A stretch of 64,000 nt of DNA from Candidatus Liptonbacteria bacterium. GTDB taxonomy: Bacteria > Patescibacteriota > Minisyncoccia > UBA6257 > JACOXY01. Shown here piece after piece: positions 25,917-34,358 of the stretch. The stretch spans positions 3,794 to 67,793 of the forward strand of contig JACOXY010000011.1 of the NCBI GenBank assembly GCA_016182095.1, in the 5' to 3' direction. Both the position numbers and the translations under genes were made by a program. Under the pieces are notes generated by a model. That model made no database searches. It was not told where the DNA came from and worked only from the letters and a program-made list of their open reading frames with translations. Numbering within the stretch: the stretch's first letter is position 1; every line of letters starts with the position of its first letter.

Positions 25917-27016
25917 TTTGTTGCGGTTGTAAAATTCTTCACAACGTCCGCGACAACGCTGACTTCTTCGGCGGTCAACTCTGGAAACATTGGGAGTGAG
26001 ATAATCCGTTCTGCCACACGCTCTGCGACAGGAAACGCCCACCGCTTATGCCCCAGGCGCGCATAAGCCCCTTGAAGGTGAAGTGGTATTGGGTAATGAA
26101 TGCCGCTTTCAATACCGCTCTCTTTGAGCGAGGCCTGAAGCCTATCGCGCTCCAGGGCCTCAATCACGTATAAATGATACGCGTGTCGTATGCCCGGGAG
26201 CACTTTTGGTATTGCTACGACACCCCCAAGTTTATCATCATATATTCGCGCAATGCTGTTTCTTTTTTCCATCCACTCATCAATATGTTTTAGTTTCGCA
26301 TCAAGAATTGCCGCCTGTAGCCCATCCAAACGACTATTAACACCTTCAAATTTATGGCTATATTTACCGACTCTTCCATGATTGGCGAACATTCTGATTT
26401 TTTCCGCAAGTTTATCGTCATTGGTAACAACTGCCCCGCCATCACCATAAGCGCCCAAATTTTTCGCAGGATAAAAGCTAAAAGTAGCCGCCGTGCCAAA
26501 AGTCCCAACTTTTTTGTCCGCATATTCCGCCCCATGAGCTTGCGCCGCATCTTCAATCACCATTAGCCCCCTGCTATTTGCTATGCGCATTATTTCATCC
26601 ATATCCGCTGGTTGTCCATAAAGATGTACCGGGATAATTGCTTTGGTTCTAGGAGTAATTGCGGCCTCAATTTCACTGGGATCAATATTGTAATACTCGT
26701 TGCAATCAACAAAAATAGGCGTGGCGCCCGCAAGAGTCACTGCCTCCGCAGTTGCAATAAAGGTGTTTACGGGAACAATTACCTCGTCTCCAGCACCAAC
26801 ACCCAAACATTTGAGCGTGATAAAAATGGCATCGGTGCCATTCCCAACGCCAATGCAATGTTTTGCACCTATATACGCGGCAAAGTTTTTCTCAAAATTT
26901 TCTACGTATTTACCCTTAATAAAGGCGGATTCTTCTATTACAGATTTTATAGCCGCAACAATTTCTTCCTTGATAGAAAGGTATTGTTTTTTAAGATCAA
27001 CAAGGGGGATTTTCAT
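25913..27016 (-). CDS. DegT/DnrJ/EryC1-family PLP-dependent sugar aminotransferase
   Basis: Full-length match with the catalytic-lysine block [19 protein letters not shown] and GVGNGTDAI. Confidence 0.85.
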   Translation of the reverse strand: MKIPLVDLKKQYLSIKEEIVAAIKSVIEESAFIKGKYVENFEKNFAAYIGAKHCIGVGNGTDAIFITLKCLGVGAGDEVIVPVNTFIATAEAVTLAGATPIFVDCNEYYNIDPSEIEAAITPRTKAIIPVHLYGQPADMDEIMRIANSRGLMVIEDAAQAHGAEYADKKVGTFGTAATFSFYPAKNLGAYGDGGAVVTNDDKLAEKIRMFANHGRVGKYSHKFEGVNSRLDGLQAAILDAKLKHIDEWMEKRNSIARIYDDKLGGVVAIPKVLPGIRHAYHLYVIEALERDRLQASLKESGIESGIHYPIPLHLQGAYARLGHKRWAFPVAERVAERIISLPMFPELTAEEVSVVADVVKNFTTATK

Positions 27017-27132
27017 CTCTAAAACGCTAAACTCTAATTTCTAAACTCTAAACAATTTCTCTGCTAAAGGCGGATTAGCTTTCGGCTAAAAAACTCAAAA
27101 TTTCAAACGCTTTGAAAATTATAATTTAGAGC
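27017..27132 (-). promoter_or_regulatory. conserved leader/promoter element, copy 1 (upstream of the aminotransferase gene)
   Basis: About 90% identical to 31193..31335 and 32380..32440. It contains a TTTAGAGTTTAGAAATTAGAGTTTAG motif and a small hairpin YAGCYTTCGGCTR with a compensatory change between copies. Confidence 0.55.
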
Positions 27133-28125
27133 TTAAGCGAAGCGCACAATTTGTCCGGTTTTAGCCGATTCTTTAGCCTTTTCCATAAACCTTACCAACT
27201 GTATGGCATGATCATCCAGGGCCAAAAATCTGTTACTATGATCCCCTTTTTGTATCGCTTCGACCACTCCTTCAAAAACCTTGTCATGATTAGACATCGA
27301 GCCTTTATAGGTTCCGTAGTCATTAGCTCCGGCGCCCTCCTCCAATTCATAAGTCGGAACTCCATTTACTTGGAATTGTTCAATGGTATTCAAATATTCT
27401 CCGCCGATTTTTACAGTGCCTTCCGTACCGATAAGCGTAATTGAGCCCTCAAAATTTTTATGGGTAGCACAGGTCGTATAGTTAAACGATCCGATAGCGC
27501 CATTAGCAAATTCCACTGCTATAACTCCGGCATCTTCTGTTTCAATTTTCTGTTTAAATGTGCCCATCAAAGCGTAAACCGATTTGGGCGGCCCCATAAA
27601 TTCAAGCATTAGATCGACAAAGTGGCTTGCCTGCGTAAAGAGCGCTCCGCCATCCAAAAGATGGGTTCCACGCCAAGCGTCAGCCTTATAATAATCTTCA
27701 CCCCTATTCCAAAACTAGCGATTTTGCTTTACCACATAGAGAAACTTTTGATTACGATAGGCGGCGTCAATCATGGCGCGGGCATCCTTCTCGGTAAACG
27801 CCATGGGCTTTTCACAGAGTACGTGCTTTTTGGCATTTAAGGCGGCTATGGAGTGCTCAGGGTGCAGACCTGAAGGAGTACAAATGTTTATAAGGTCGAT
27901 TGAATCATCTTTAACTAAATCTTCGGCATTGTAATAAGCTTTAACGCCTTGGTATTTTTTTACGATCGCATCGACGCGATCAGAAACAAGGTCACAAACC
28001 GCCACTAATTTAGCCCCATTTACATTTTGGAGTTTTTCCGCGTGCCTAGACCCTATTTTCCCGCATCCCAAGATAGCAAATTTAACCTCGTTCATTGTGA
28101 GTTCATAATACAGCATTTTTGCCAA
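27133..28125 (-). pseudogene. Gfo/Idh/MocA-family oxidoreductase interrupted by a single in-frame TAG (27715..27717)
   Basis: The N-terminal Rossmann part (27715..28125, FAILGCGKIGSRHA...) and the C-terminal part (27133..27657) are in the same frame, separated only by an amber codon: ...VVKQNR*FWNRGEDYYKADAWRGTHLLDGGALF... Confidence 0.55.
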
Positions 28126-28163
28126 TAAATAAACCTTGACAGTTATTAAACTTTATTTTCCGG

Positions 28164-28940
28164 TTAAATGAATTCCAGAACTAACGGCAAGTGGTCAGAG
28201 ACCTCAATATTTAAAGTTTTGAGGTTGCTTACGACAACATTTTGAGATACAAATATATAATCAGACACTGTGTCGCCCTCTCCCAAAAGTAGTGGGCTTC
28301 TTGTATATTTAATCCCGTAATTTTTAGTAACATTAACCAAAACTTTTTCGATCATGCCCACGCTTAAAGTTTCCGGGGAAAGATTAAAATCTCCGCAAAG
28401 TATTTTTTTGGTAGGCGAAGATTTTTTTAAAAAATCCAAAATTATTTCCGACTGTCTGATCCTTTCGGGGTTATCAACCTTGGGCCAGGTCGGTATGCCA
28501 TGAACATTACAGATTATGTAAGAACTGCCTTTATAAGAAATTTCAACAAATTGCATATTCTCGGGAAAAACATTGTCCCCGTCTTTATCGTCTTTTGCTA
28601 CCTCATTTTTATTTTTATATGTAAAAATTTCTCCGCTTTTTTTAATTTCGGCCGTATTTTTAACAAATGTGGCTTGGCCGGATGAAAGATCAAAATTAAC
28701 GGAACTCACATAATCATATCTGTCGCATTGAGCCGAAAAGGCTCCTTTAAAATCCGGCAGGGCTGTCTCGATTTCGCCGTAAAGATTAGACCTCATTCCA
28801 TTGCTTAATTTATGAAGTCCGCTTGATGTAAAAATTTCTTGAAAACAAAAGATGTCGGTGGTCGCGGCCGATGTTTTGATAAAATCCAGAAGCGGTCCAA
28901 AAACTCTTCCCCCCCAAGCATTTAGGCAAATGAGTTTCAT
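28164..28940 (-). CDS. endonuclease/exonuclease/phosphatase (EEP) family protein
   Basis: LNAWGG..., CGDFNLSPE, ...SDHLPLVLEF are EEP catalytic blocks. Confidence 0.65.
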   Translation of the reverse strand: MKLICLNAWGGRVFGPLLDFIKTSAATTDIFCFQEIFTSSGLHKLSNGMRSNLYGEIETALPDFKGAFSAQCDRYDYVSSVNFDLSSGQATFVKNTAEIKKSGEIFTYKNKNEVAKDDKDGDNVFPENMQFVEISYKGSSYIICNVHGIPTWPKVDNPERIRQSEIILDFLKKSSPTKKILCGDFNLSPETLSVGMIEKVLVNVTKNYGIKYTRSPLLLGEGDTVSDYIFVSQNVVVSNLKTLNIEVSDHLPLVLEFI

Positions 28941-31192
28941 TGTTTGCTAAAACTTTTATCTAAATTTCTAAATGCTTTTAAAAGGCCCTCTGTGTCCTCT
29001 TTATAGCTCCAGTCGGAAATAATTTCCTTTGATTTACCTTTCATTGATTCCAGAAGTTGTTCGTTATCTATAATTTTCTTAATATAGTGAGCTAATGCCT
29101 CAATGTCGCCCAGGCGATAGACAAAACCATTTTCGCCTTGCCTTACTAAATCCACCTGCGCCCCAATAGTGTGGGGAGCAATAACCGGCAAGCCGCAAGC
29201 CATGGCTTCATTCACAGTCGCGCCCCAATCGCCTTTTATATAATCGTCGGTTCTCACAAAAATATCAGTGATAGCATAGAGCTTTATTAATTCTCTTTGG
29301 TTTTTAAAACCTAAAAATTTTACGTTCGACAGACCTTTCTTCGCTACTTCTTTTTCAAGCGGTCCTTTTAGCTCTCCGTCGCCTATCATTAGTAAGCAAG
29401 TATCAGTAATTGAGTAATCAGAAATTAGTAATTCGTACGCCTTGATTACATGCTCGGGGTGCTTGTCATGCACAAAACGCGCCGCATAAGTTATAACTTT
29501 GGCTTTTGGGTCTATGCCAAGCTCACGCTTGATTTCATCGCGGCTATTTTCATATTTTTTTGATTCTTCCATAAAAAATTCGTTCCAAACGGCATAAGGA
29601 AAATGAAATATGCGCTCTTTAGGCGCGCCAAACTCAAGGTACATTTCACGATTCCAGGTACCAATCGCCAAAAAACCGGAAACAAATCCACGGAAAATAA
29701 TTTTTAAATATAGTCGTTTAAGCAATAAAAGAAATTTTGAACGCATTACATGCTTGTCATAATTAGAAGAATTTACAACTCGCAAAAATATCGGTGTTAA
29801 AGTAATTTTTGCGGATAAAAGCGTAAGCCAGGAAGTTATGTCCATCCAACCCAAAACAATCACGGCATCGTACCTGTTTTTCAGTAACTTCCAAAAAATA
29901 CCCGGATTAAATAATCCCCAAATTGAAGGCCTGGGTTTTGGCGCGTAATTTCGCAAAAATTTTAATTTATAGCCTACAAGTAGCGGAATATCCCATTTGT
30001 AAGCGATGCTGAAAAAATCTTTATGTAATTGCGGCTTGGAAACTCCCCAGTCAACACAATAATAAACAGTTATGTCTATTCGCTGATTCTTCGCAATTTC
30101 ACGCCATAGGGGAGATTGATATTGAATAGGATGAGTCGCGACTACCGCCAACTTATATTTTTTTGGCGCTAACTGGAGCGCAAATTCTTCGGCTACTTCA
30201 GGAAGCGTTTTGTCTGTTTTAATCTCCAAAAAATTCTTCGCTTTCATTCCCCATCTACGGTACTCCTCAAGCTGACGGCCGATCTCTTCCGGAGTATGCT
30301 CTTGTCTTCTTTCATAAATTTCCGATGCGTCATTTGAAAGCAAGATCGCCAAGTCGGGTTTTGGCATAAAGAAAAAAGCTGCCTTAAAAAACCATAATGG
30401 AATTCCGTATTTTGTCTTCGGCCTCGGATCAACAAGGTGACTATAATAATATCTTTCGCCAATCACCGTTTTCCCTTTGGTTAAAAGCGGGCGAATCACA
30501 AACCAGTATCCCAAAAAGTGGTCTAGTGCATGATATAAAAATCTGAAAAATCCAGGGATCCGCGATTCGCCCGGGGGTTGCTTATTTTTGCCAAAAGAAA
30601 ACATCCCCTGCTTGGTTGGTAGGATCTTTGGCCGAAACCCAAGGTGCGCGTGCCACACAGGCACATGGAAAGCTTCCAGAATTTTTGCCGCCAGCTCTGC
30701 GGTTGCCGATTTGCCGACTCCATCGGGACCCAGCACAACCACAAAATTGCCCGGCGGGGAAAGAAGCCGTGAGGGATAAGAAAGGATATTCTTAAGCGTG
30801 CTTTTTGGCTTTTTTTCGTAAAGCATTTCGGGAATATGGTATATTTCTTTTTCATTTTTTTCCCGTTTAGCGAGCAACGCTCCCGGATTTTTCACAGGAT
30901 TAGTGAAGTCCAATCTCAAGAAAACCAGCTCATTCCCGACAAATGTGTAGAGCACCATGTATAATCCGCCAATATTTTGCCGCTCGTAAACTTTAAATCC
31001 ATTATCTAGTGCGCACTCGCCGACAAAATCGCGAACCATCCTTTCGTCTCTTTTTTCTATAACTATGTCTATATCGTTTCCTATATTTTCCGGTATGAGT
31101 TCCGCCTTCCTTAAAACTGCGTAATTTATTCCACGCTTATTTAGCCCATCAAAAAAAGAAGTGAGTATTTTAGCAACTAATGGATGAGTCAT
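28937..31192 (-). CDS. tri-domain fusion: nucleotidyltransferase-like N-domain + Tmk-like P-loop kinase + GT4 glycosyltransferase
   Basis: N-terminus NIGNDIDIVIEKRD (minimal nucleotidyltransferase fold); middle VVLGPDGVGKSATAELAAKIL (dTMP-kinase-like GxDGxGKS); C-terminus ...YAITDIFVRTDDYIKGDWGATVNEAMACGLPVIA (GT1). Confidence 0.6.
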   Translation of the reverse strand: MTHPLVAKILTSFFDGLNKRGINYAVLRKAELIPENIGNDIDIVIEKRDERMVRDFVGECALDNGFKVYERQNIGGLYMVLYTFVGNELVFLRLDFTNPVKNPGALLAKREKNEKEIYHIPEMLYEKKPKSTLKNILSYPSRLLSPPGNFVVVLGPDGVGKSATAELAAKILEAFHVPVWHAHLGFRPKILPTKQGMFSFGKNKQPPGESRIPGFFRFLYHALDHFLGYWFVIRPLLTKGKTVIGERYYYSHLVDPRPKTKYGIPLWFFKAAFFFMPKPDLAILLSNDASEIYERRQEHTPEEIGRQLEEYRRWGMKAKNFLEIKTDKTLPEVAEEFALQLAPKKYKLAVVATHPIQYQSPLWREIAKNQRIDITVYYCVDWGVSKPQLHKDFFSIAYKWDIPLLVGYKLKFLRNYAPKPRPSIWGLFNPGIFWKLLKNRYDAVIVLGWMDITSWLTLLSAKITLTPIFLRVVNSSNYDKHVMRSKFLLLLKRLYLKIIFRGFVSGFLAIGTWNREMYLEFGAPKERIFHFPYAVWNEFFMEESKKYENSRDEIKRELGIDPKAKVITYAARFVHDKHPEHVIKAYELLISDYSITDTCLLMIGDGELKGPLEKEVAKKGLSNVKFLGFKNQRELIKLYAITDIFVRTDDYIKGDWGATVNEAMACGLPVIAPHTIGAQVDLVRQGENGFVYRLGDIEALAHYIKKIIDNEQLLESMKGKSKEIISDWSYKEDTEGLLKAFRNLDKSFSKQ

Positions 31193-31335
31193 GCTATATA
31201 AAACTCTAAGCTCTAATTTCTAAACTCCAAACAATTTCTCCGCCAAAGGCGGATCAGCCTTCGGCTGAAAATATCTAAACTCAAAGTTTTAAAAAAATTG
31301 AATTTTAAGTTTGTTTAGAATTTAGGGTTTAAAAG
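31193..31335 (-). promoter_or_regulatory. conserved leader/promoter element, copy 2 (upstream of the tri-domain gene)
   Basis: See copy 1. The hairpin is cagccttcggctg here and tagctttcggcta in copy 1, with the closing pair covarying. Confidence 0.55.
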
Positions 31336-32379
31336 TTATTCAGCGATTATCTCAAACATTTTCTCCAATCTTTTTTGAAAGGTGTACTCCCTGTGAGCGC
31401 GCGCGTAAGCAGTATCCGCGATTCTTTTTCGTTCATCATCATGATGGAGATAATAATCAACTTTTTCTAATAATTCGGTCGGGTTTTTGAAAGTAACTAT
31501 TTCTTTATCAATTTCAAAAAAATTTTTAATTTCGTCCCGGTGTTCACAAAGCTGAAATCCTCCACAGCCCGCGATTTCAAAAAAACGCTGATTCACTCCC
31601 AAAAACTCTCCTTGAAACGTGTTCAAAACGATCTTGGCGCCATTAAAGGCTTTGGATTTTTCAAGTTCGGAAACTGCTCTTCCTTGATAAACTTTTTTAA
31701 CTGGGGATTTGAGCCATCGGGGAATATCTAATCCCCACAACTTAACTTTATATTTTTTGATAAGCGGCTCAAAAACTTTGGCGCGAAAATAATACATATT
31801 GCCGGCAGTAGTTATGTCACACTCATAAATTTCCTTTTCTTCTTCAGTCAATTCCACACGCTTATGCCATTTAGGCATACAGGCTTCCGGTAAATAATGC
31901 GCGCTTAAGCCTAAAGACAGCGCCCGATCTACCAGAAATCTGTCTTTAAAAAATAAGGCATCATAGGGAGCGGCAAAAAAATATTGCCTGCCGATATTGC
32001 CGGGATGATCGGGAAACCAAAGCACAATTTTAGCTCCGGTATTTTTCTTGAGGCGGCTTATGATTTCCGGTGGGGTCTTGGCGCTTACCGTTATAATCAA
32101 ATCCGGATTATTTTTCTCTATAAGACCCGCGAGCCGGCTGTAAGTTTTGAATTCATACTTGGAAGACCTCACTATCAAAGTTTCTATGGCAGCTTTTTTA
32201 GCTCGTGTAAAAAAACCAAGCCGGCCATTTTTGTCCACGCCTTTTTTAAATGAAATCCCGAGCATTTCCCGCTCGTCAACCGCAGAAACTTTATAACCCA
32301 TACTTTCCAAGGTAACCAAAATGCTCTTCGGCAAGGTATCCGCATGCTGGGGTCCAACAACAACTATATTTTTATACAT
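31336..32379 (-). CDS. CgeB-family (DUF3880 / Glyco_trans_1_2) glycosyltransferase-like protein
   Basis: C-terminus FFEIAGCGGFQLCEHRDEIKNFFEIDKEIVTFKNPTELLEKVDYYLHHDDERKRIA matches the CgeB-like domain. Confidence 0.55.
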   Translation of the reverse strand: MYKNIVVVGPQHADTLPKSILVTLESMGYKVSAVDEREMLGISFKKGVDKNGRLGFFTRAKKAAIETLIVRSSKYEFKTYSRLAGLIEKNNPDLIITVSAKTPPEIISRLKKNTGAKIVLWFPDHPGNIGRQYFFAAPYDALFFKDRFLVDRALSLGLSAHYLPEACMPKWHKRVELTEEEKEIYECDITTAGNMYYFRAKVFEPLIKKYKVKLWGLDIPRWLKSPVKKVYQGRAVSELEKSKAFNGAKIVLNTFQGEFLGVNQRFFEIAGCGGFQLCEHRDEIKNFFEIDKEIVTFKNPTELLEKVDYYLHHDDERKRIADTAYARAHREYTFQKRLEKMFEIIAE

Positions 32380-32440
32380 AGCAAACTCTAAACTCTAATT
32401 TCTAAACTCTAAACAATTTCAAAATTCAAAGCTCTAAATT
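32380..32440 (-). promoter_or_regulatory. conserved leader/promoter element, copy 3 (shorter, lacks the hairpin part)
   Basis: aaactctaaactctaatttctaaactctaaacaatttc is nearly identical to the first 40 nt of copies 1 and 2. Confidence 0.5.
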
Positions 32441-32818
32441 CTAAGATCTGCTCTTCCCGCTCTTTTCAATAATTGATCCGAAAATTCTCATAAGTTCTTC
32501 AGCTTCATTGGTGAGAACTACGCACTCTTGCTCAAGGGTAACAACATTGCCCGTGTCAAGCAACCGAAGCCAAGATCGACTTTCTTTGGCTTCTTTCCTG
32601 CAGATTTTTATTCTGTGCATACCGTCTTTTTTACTCAATGTCTCGACAAACTCTATAAAATTGGCATGCGTTGAGCCAGAGGAGCGCGCGAGCTGCTTCC
32701 CATCTTCTATGTTTCCAATAGTTCTTGGTAATTCTTTGACGAGAACACGGCATCGTTTCGCAAATAAAAAAGTTCTTTCTTCAAGATTATATGGTTTTGA
32801 GTTTTGAGTTTCCGGCAT
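32441..32818 (-). CDS. four-helix-bundle protein (23S rRNA intervening-sequence protein family, TIGR02436)
   Basis: ERTFLFAKRCRVLVKELP...ARSSGSTHANFIEFVE...KICRKEAKESRSWLRLL matches the family consensus. Confidence 0.6.
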   Translation of the reverse strand: MPETQNSKPYNLEERTFLFAKRCRVLVKELPRTIGNIEDGKQLARSSGSTHANFIEFVETLSKKDGMHRIKICRKEAKESRSWLRLLDTGNVVTLEQECVVLTNEAEELMRIFGSIIEKSGKSRS

Positions 32819-32849
32819 TTGAGTTTATTTAGAATTTAGAGTTTAGGAT

Positions 32850-34274
32850 TTAGAGTTTGTTGATGTAACTTTTTACATCAACCACATACATCTGTCGGCT
32901 ACCGTCATGCACCGAATCAAAACAAATTTGAGTACCATCACGATTCCAGCGCGGATGAAGATCGGAGCGCATTTCGCTTATATCCCACGGCTCAACGCGG
33001 CCATCGGGCAGCGTATTTGTTTTTAAGCCAGAGGGCAAGGAATGGAACTTACCAATCTCTATTTTTTTTCCGGTTATCCAATTATAAAGAATAAGCGCGC
33101 GATAATGATTTTTGTCCGGGTATGTATCTGTTATAACCCAATTTCCGTCGTATGAAAATTGCGGGTGGCCGTCTTCGGTCATTAAACCCACCGCGATACG
33201 CCTTACTTTTTCAGATTTATCATGCAACAAGAAATAACTTTGACCCGCAATTTTTTGCTTTAAACTGCCGCGCAGTAATCTCACCAATCGCAGGAGAGGC
33301 TTAAATAAAGGATTATTTAAAATTCCAATTCTTCGCAGAGCCACCGCTTGAGGACTCCATTTCCCGTAAGCTAAAATTTCCGCGTCATTACGCCAACCAA
33401 AGTGAGAAATGTGGCCCGGCAAAACGTAAATATCGCCGCCATCTGGATTCGCTGTTACAAACCGCTGCATAGATCCGCCATCGGGTAATAAGAACTTGTC
33501 GACAAAACAGATTCGCGTGCCGGATGGATTAAAGTTAACATGAGTGAGATAGTGATGCTCATTTTCTCGTGGAAAGTTATTGAGATGCGCAACATCGTGA
33601 ATAGAAATTGCTAATTTAACTTCTCCGGTCTCCAAATCAATCCGAAAAATACCGTCATCTTTAGGAAACGGCTCCTCAAGATTTAGAGTTTCGGATTTAG
33701 AGTTTAGAGTTTGATAGGCATAACCATAACCTCCATATTTTTTTAGGCGAGCAAAGTTAAGGCCCAGAGCAAACTTTCCGTTCGGACTAACCGCGTAAAT
33801 CGGGGCGGGTAGCACTTTTTTTTCGCCAGTTTCTACATCCAATATCACGGAGACAAACCGCTCTCCCTGCCTATCATTGTAGATACACTTTCTTACAATA
33901 TTGGGGTTTCGGATGTCCAACCCGGACCCATCAATATTTGGGACATCCGAAGCAACGCCACCAGGCAGCCACTGCAATCGTGAACCTTGATGAAAATTCC
34001 ATGCATTGGTCTCTGCCAATGCTACCAATGACATTTGACCATTAACATTTGACCCCGAATCAAAACCTTTGGTTTTTGACGGGGCAAGCATATCTATCAA
34101 ACAAATACGCGCGGTATCCGAAGCGGTGGGAGGACGATATATAAAATCAACTTCTTCGGCAAGTAAAAATCTGCCTGATGCATCCCACGGACACAAATCG
34201 TGAAAACCAAAGAAGTGATGTTTTGGCCCAACGGTTACACCTTTTATTGGGAACTTGGAAATAAGATTTGGCAC
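32850..34274 (-). CDS. beta-propeller (TolB/PD40-like) domain protein
   Basis: Repeated ...SPNGKF..., ...NPDGGDIYVL..., ...HPRWNRDGTQICFDS...DGSRQMYVVDV blocks typical of PD40-type propeller blades; low specificity. Confidence 0.4.
   Translation of the reverse strand: MPNLISKFPIKGVTVGPKHHFFGFHDLCPWDASGRFLLAEEVDFIYRPPTASDTARICLIDMLAPSKTKGFDSGSNVNGQMSLVALAETNAWNFHQGSRLQWLPGGVASDVPNIDGSGLDIRNPNIVRKCIYNDRQGERFVSVILDVETGEKKVLPAPIYAVSPNGKFALGLNFARLKKYGGYGYAYQTLNSKSETLNLEEPFPKDDGIFRIDLETGEVKLAISIHDVAHLNNFPRENEHHYLTHVNFNPSGTRICFVDKFLLPDGGSMQRFVTANPDGGDIYVLPGHISHFGWRNDAEILAYGKWSPQAVALRRIGILNNPLFKPLLRLVRLLRGSLKQKIAGQSYFLLHDKSEKVRRIAVGLMTEDGHPQFSYDGNWVITDTYPDKNHYRALILYNWITGKKIEIGKFHSLPSGLKTNTLPDGRVEPWDISEMRSDLHPRWNRDGTQICFDSVHDGSRQMYVVDVKSYINKL
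33680..33713. repeat. TTTAGAG/TTTAGGA heptamer cluster inside the propeller CDS (encodes ...QTLNSKSETLNLEE...)
   Basis: atttagagtttcggatttagagtttagagttt is the same heptamer family as the intergenic leader motif and the (TTTAGGG)4 repeat. Confidence 0.6.
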
Positions 34275-34358
34275 CGATATTTTCTTAATTTAATTAAGCG
34301 TATCACGCCCAAATTGTCATTGCAAAACTTTTACCAGTGCTATATTATTTGCTAGGTA

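Noticed and set aside
27715-27717. The in-frame TAG could be evidence of an alternative genetic code (amber reassignment).
   Set aside because: Many other genes in the window terminate at TAG or TAA exactly where homolog length predicts. A single in-frame TAG is better explained as a nonsense mutation or an error.
32441-32818. The four-helix-bundle protein could be the Avd accessory protein of a diversity-generating retroelement.
   Set aside because: No reverse transcriptase and no template-repeat or variable-repeat pair are visible nearby. This family also occurs as stand-alone genes, including within rRNA intervening sequences.
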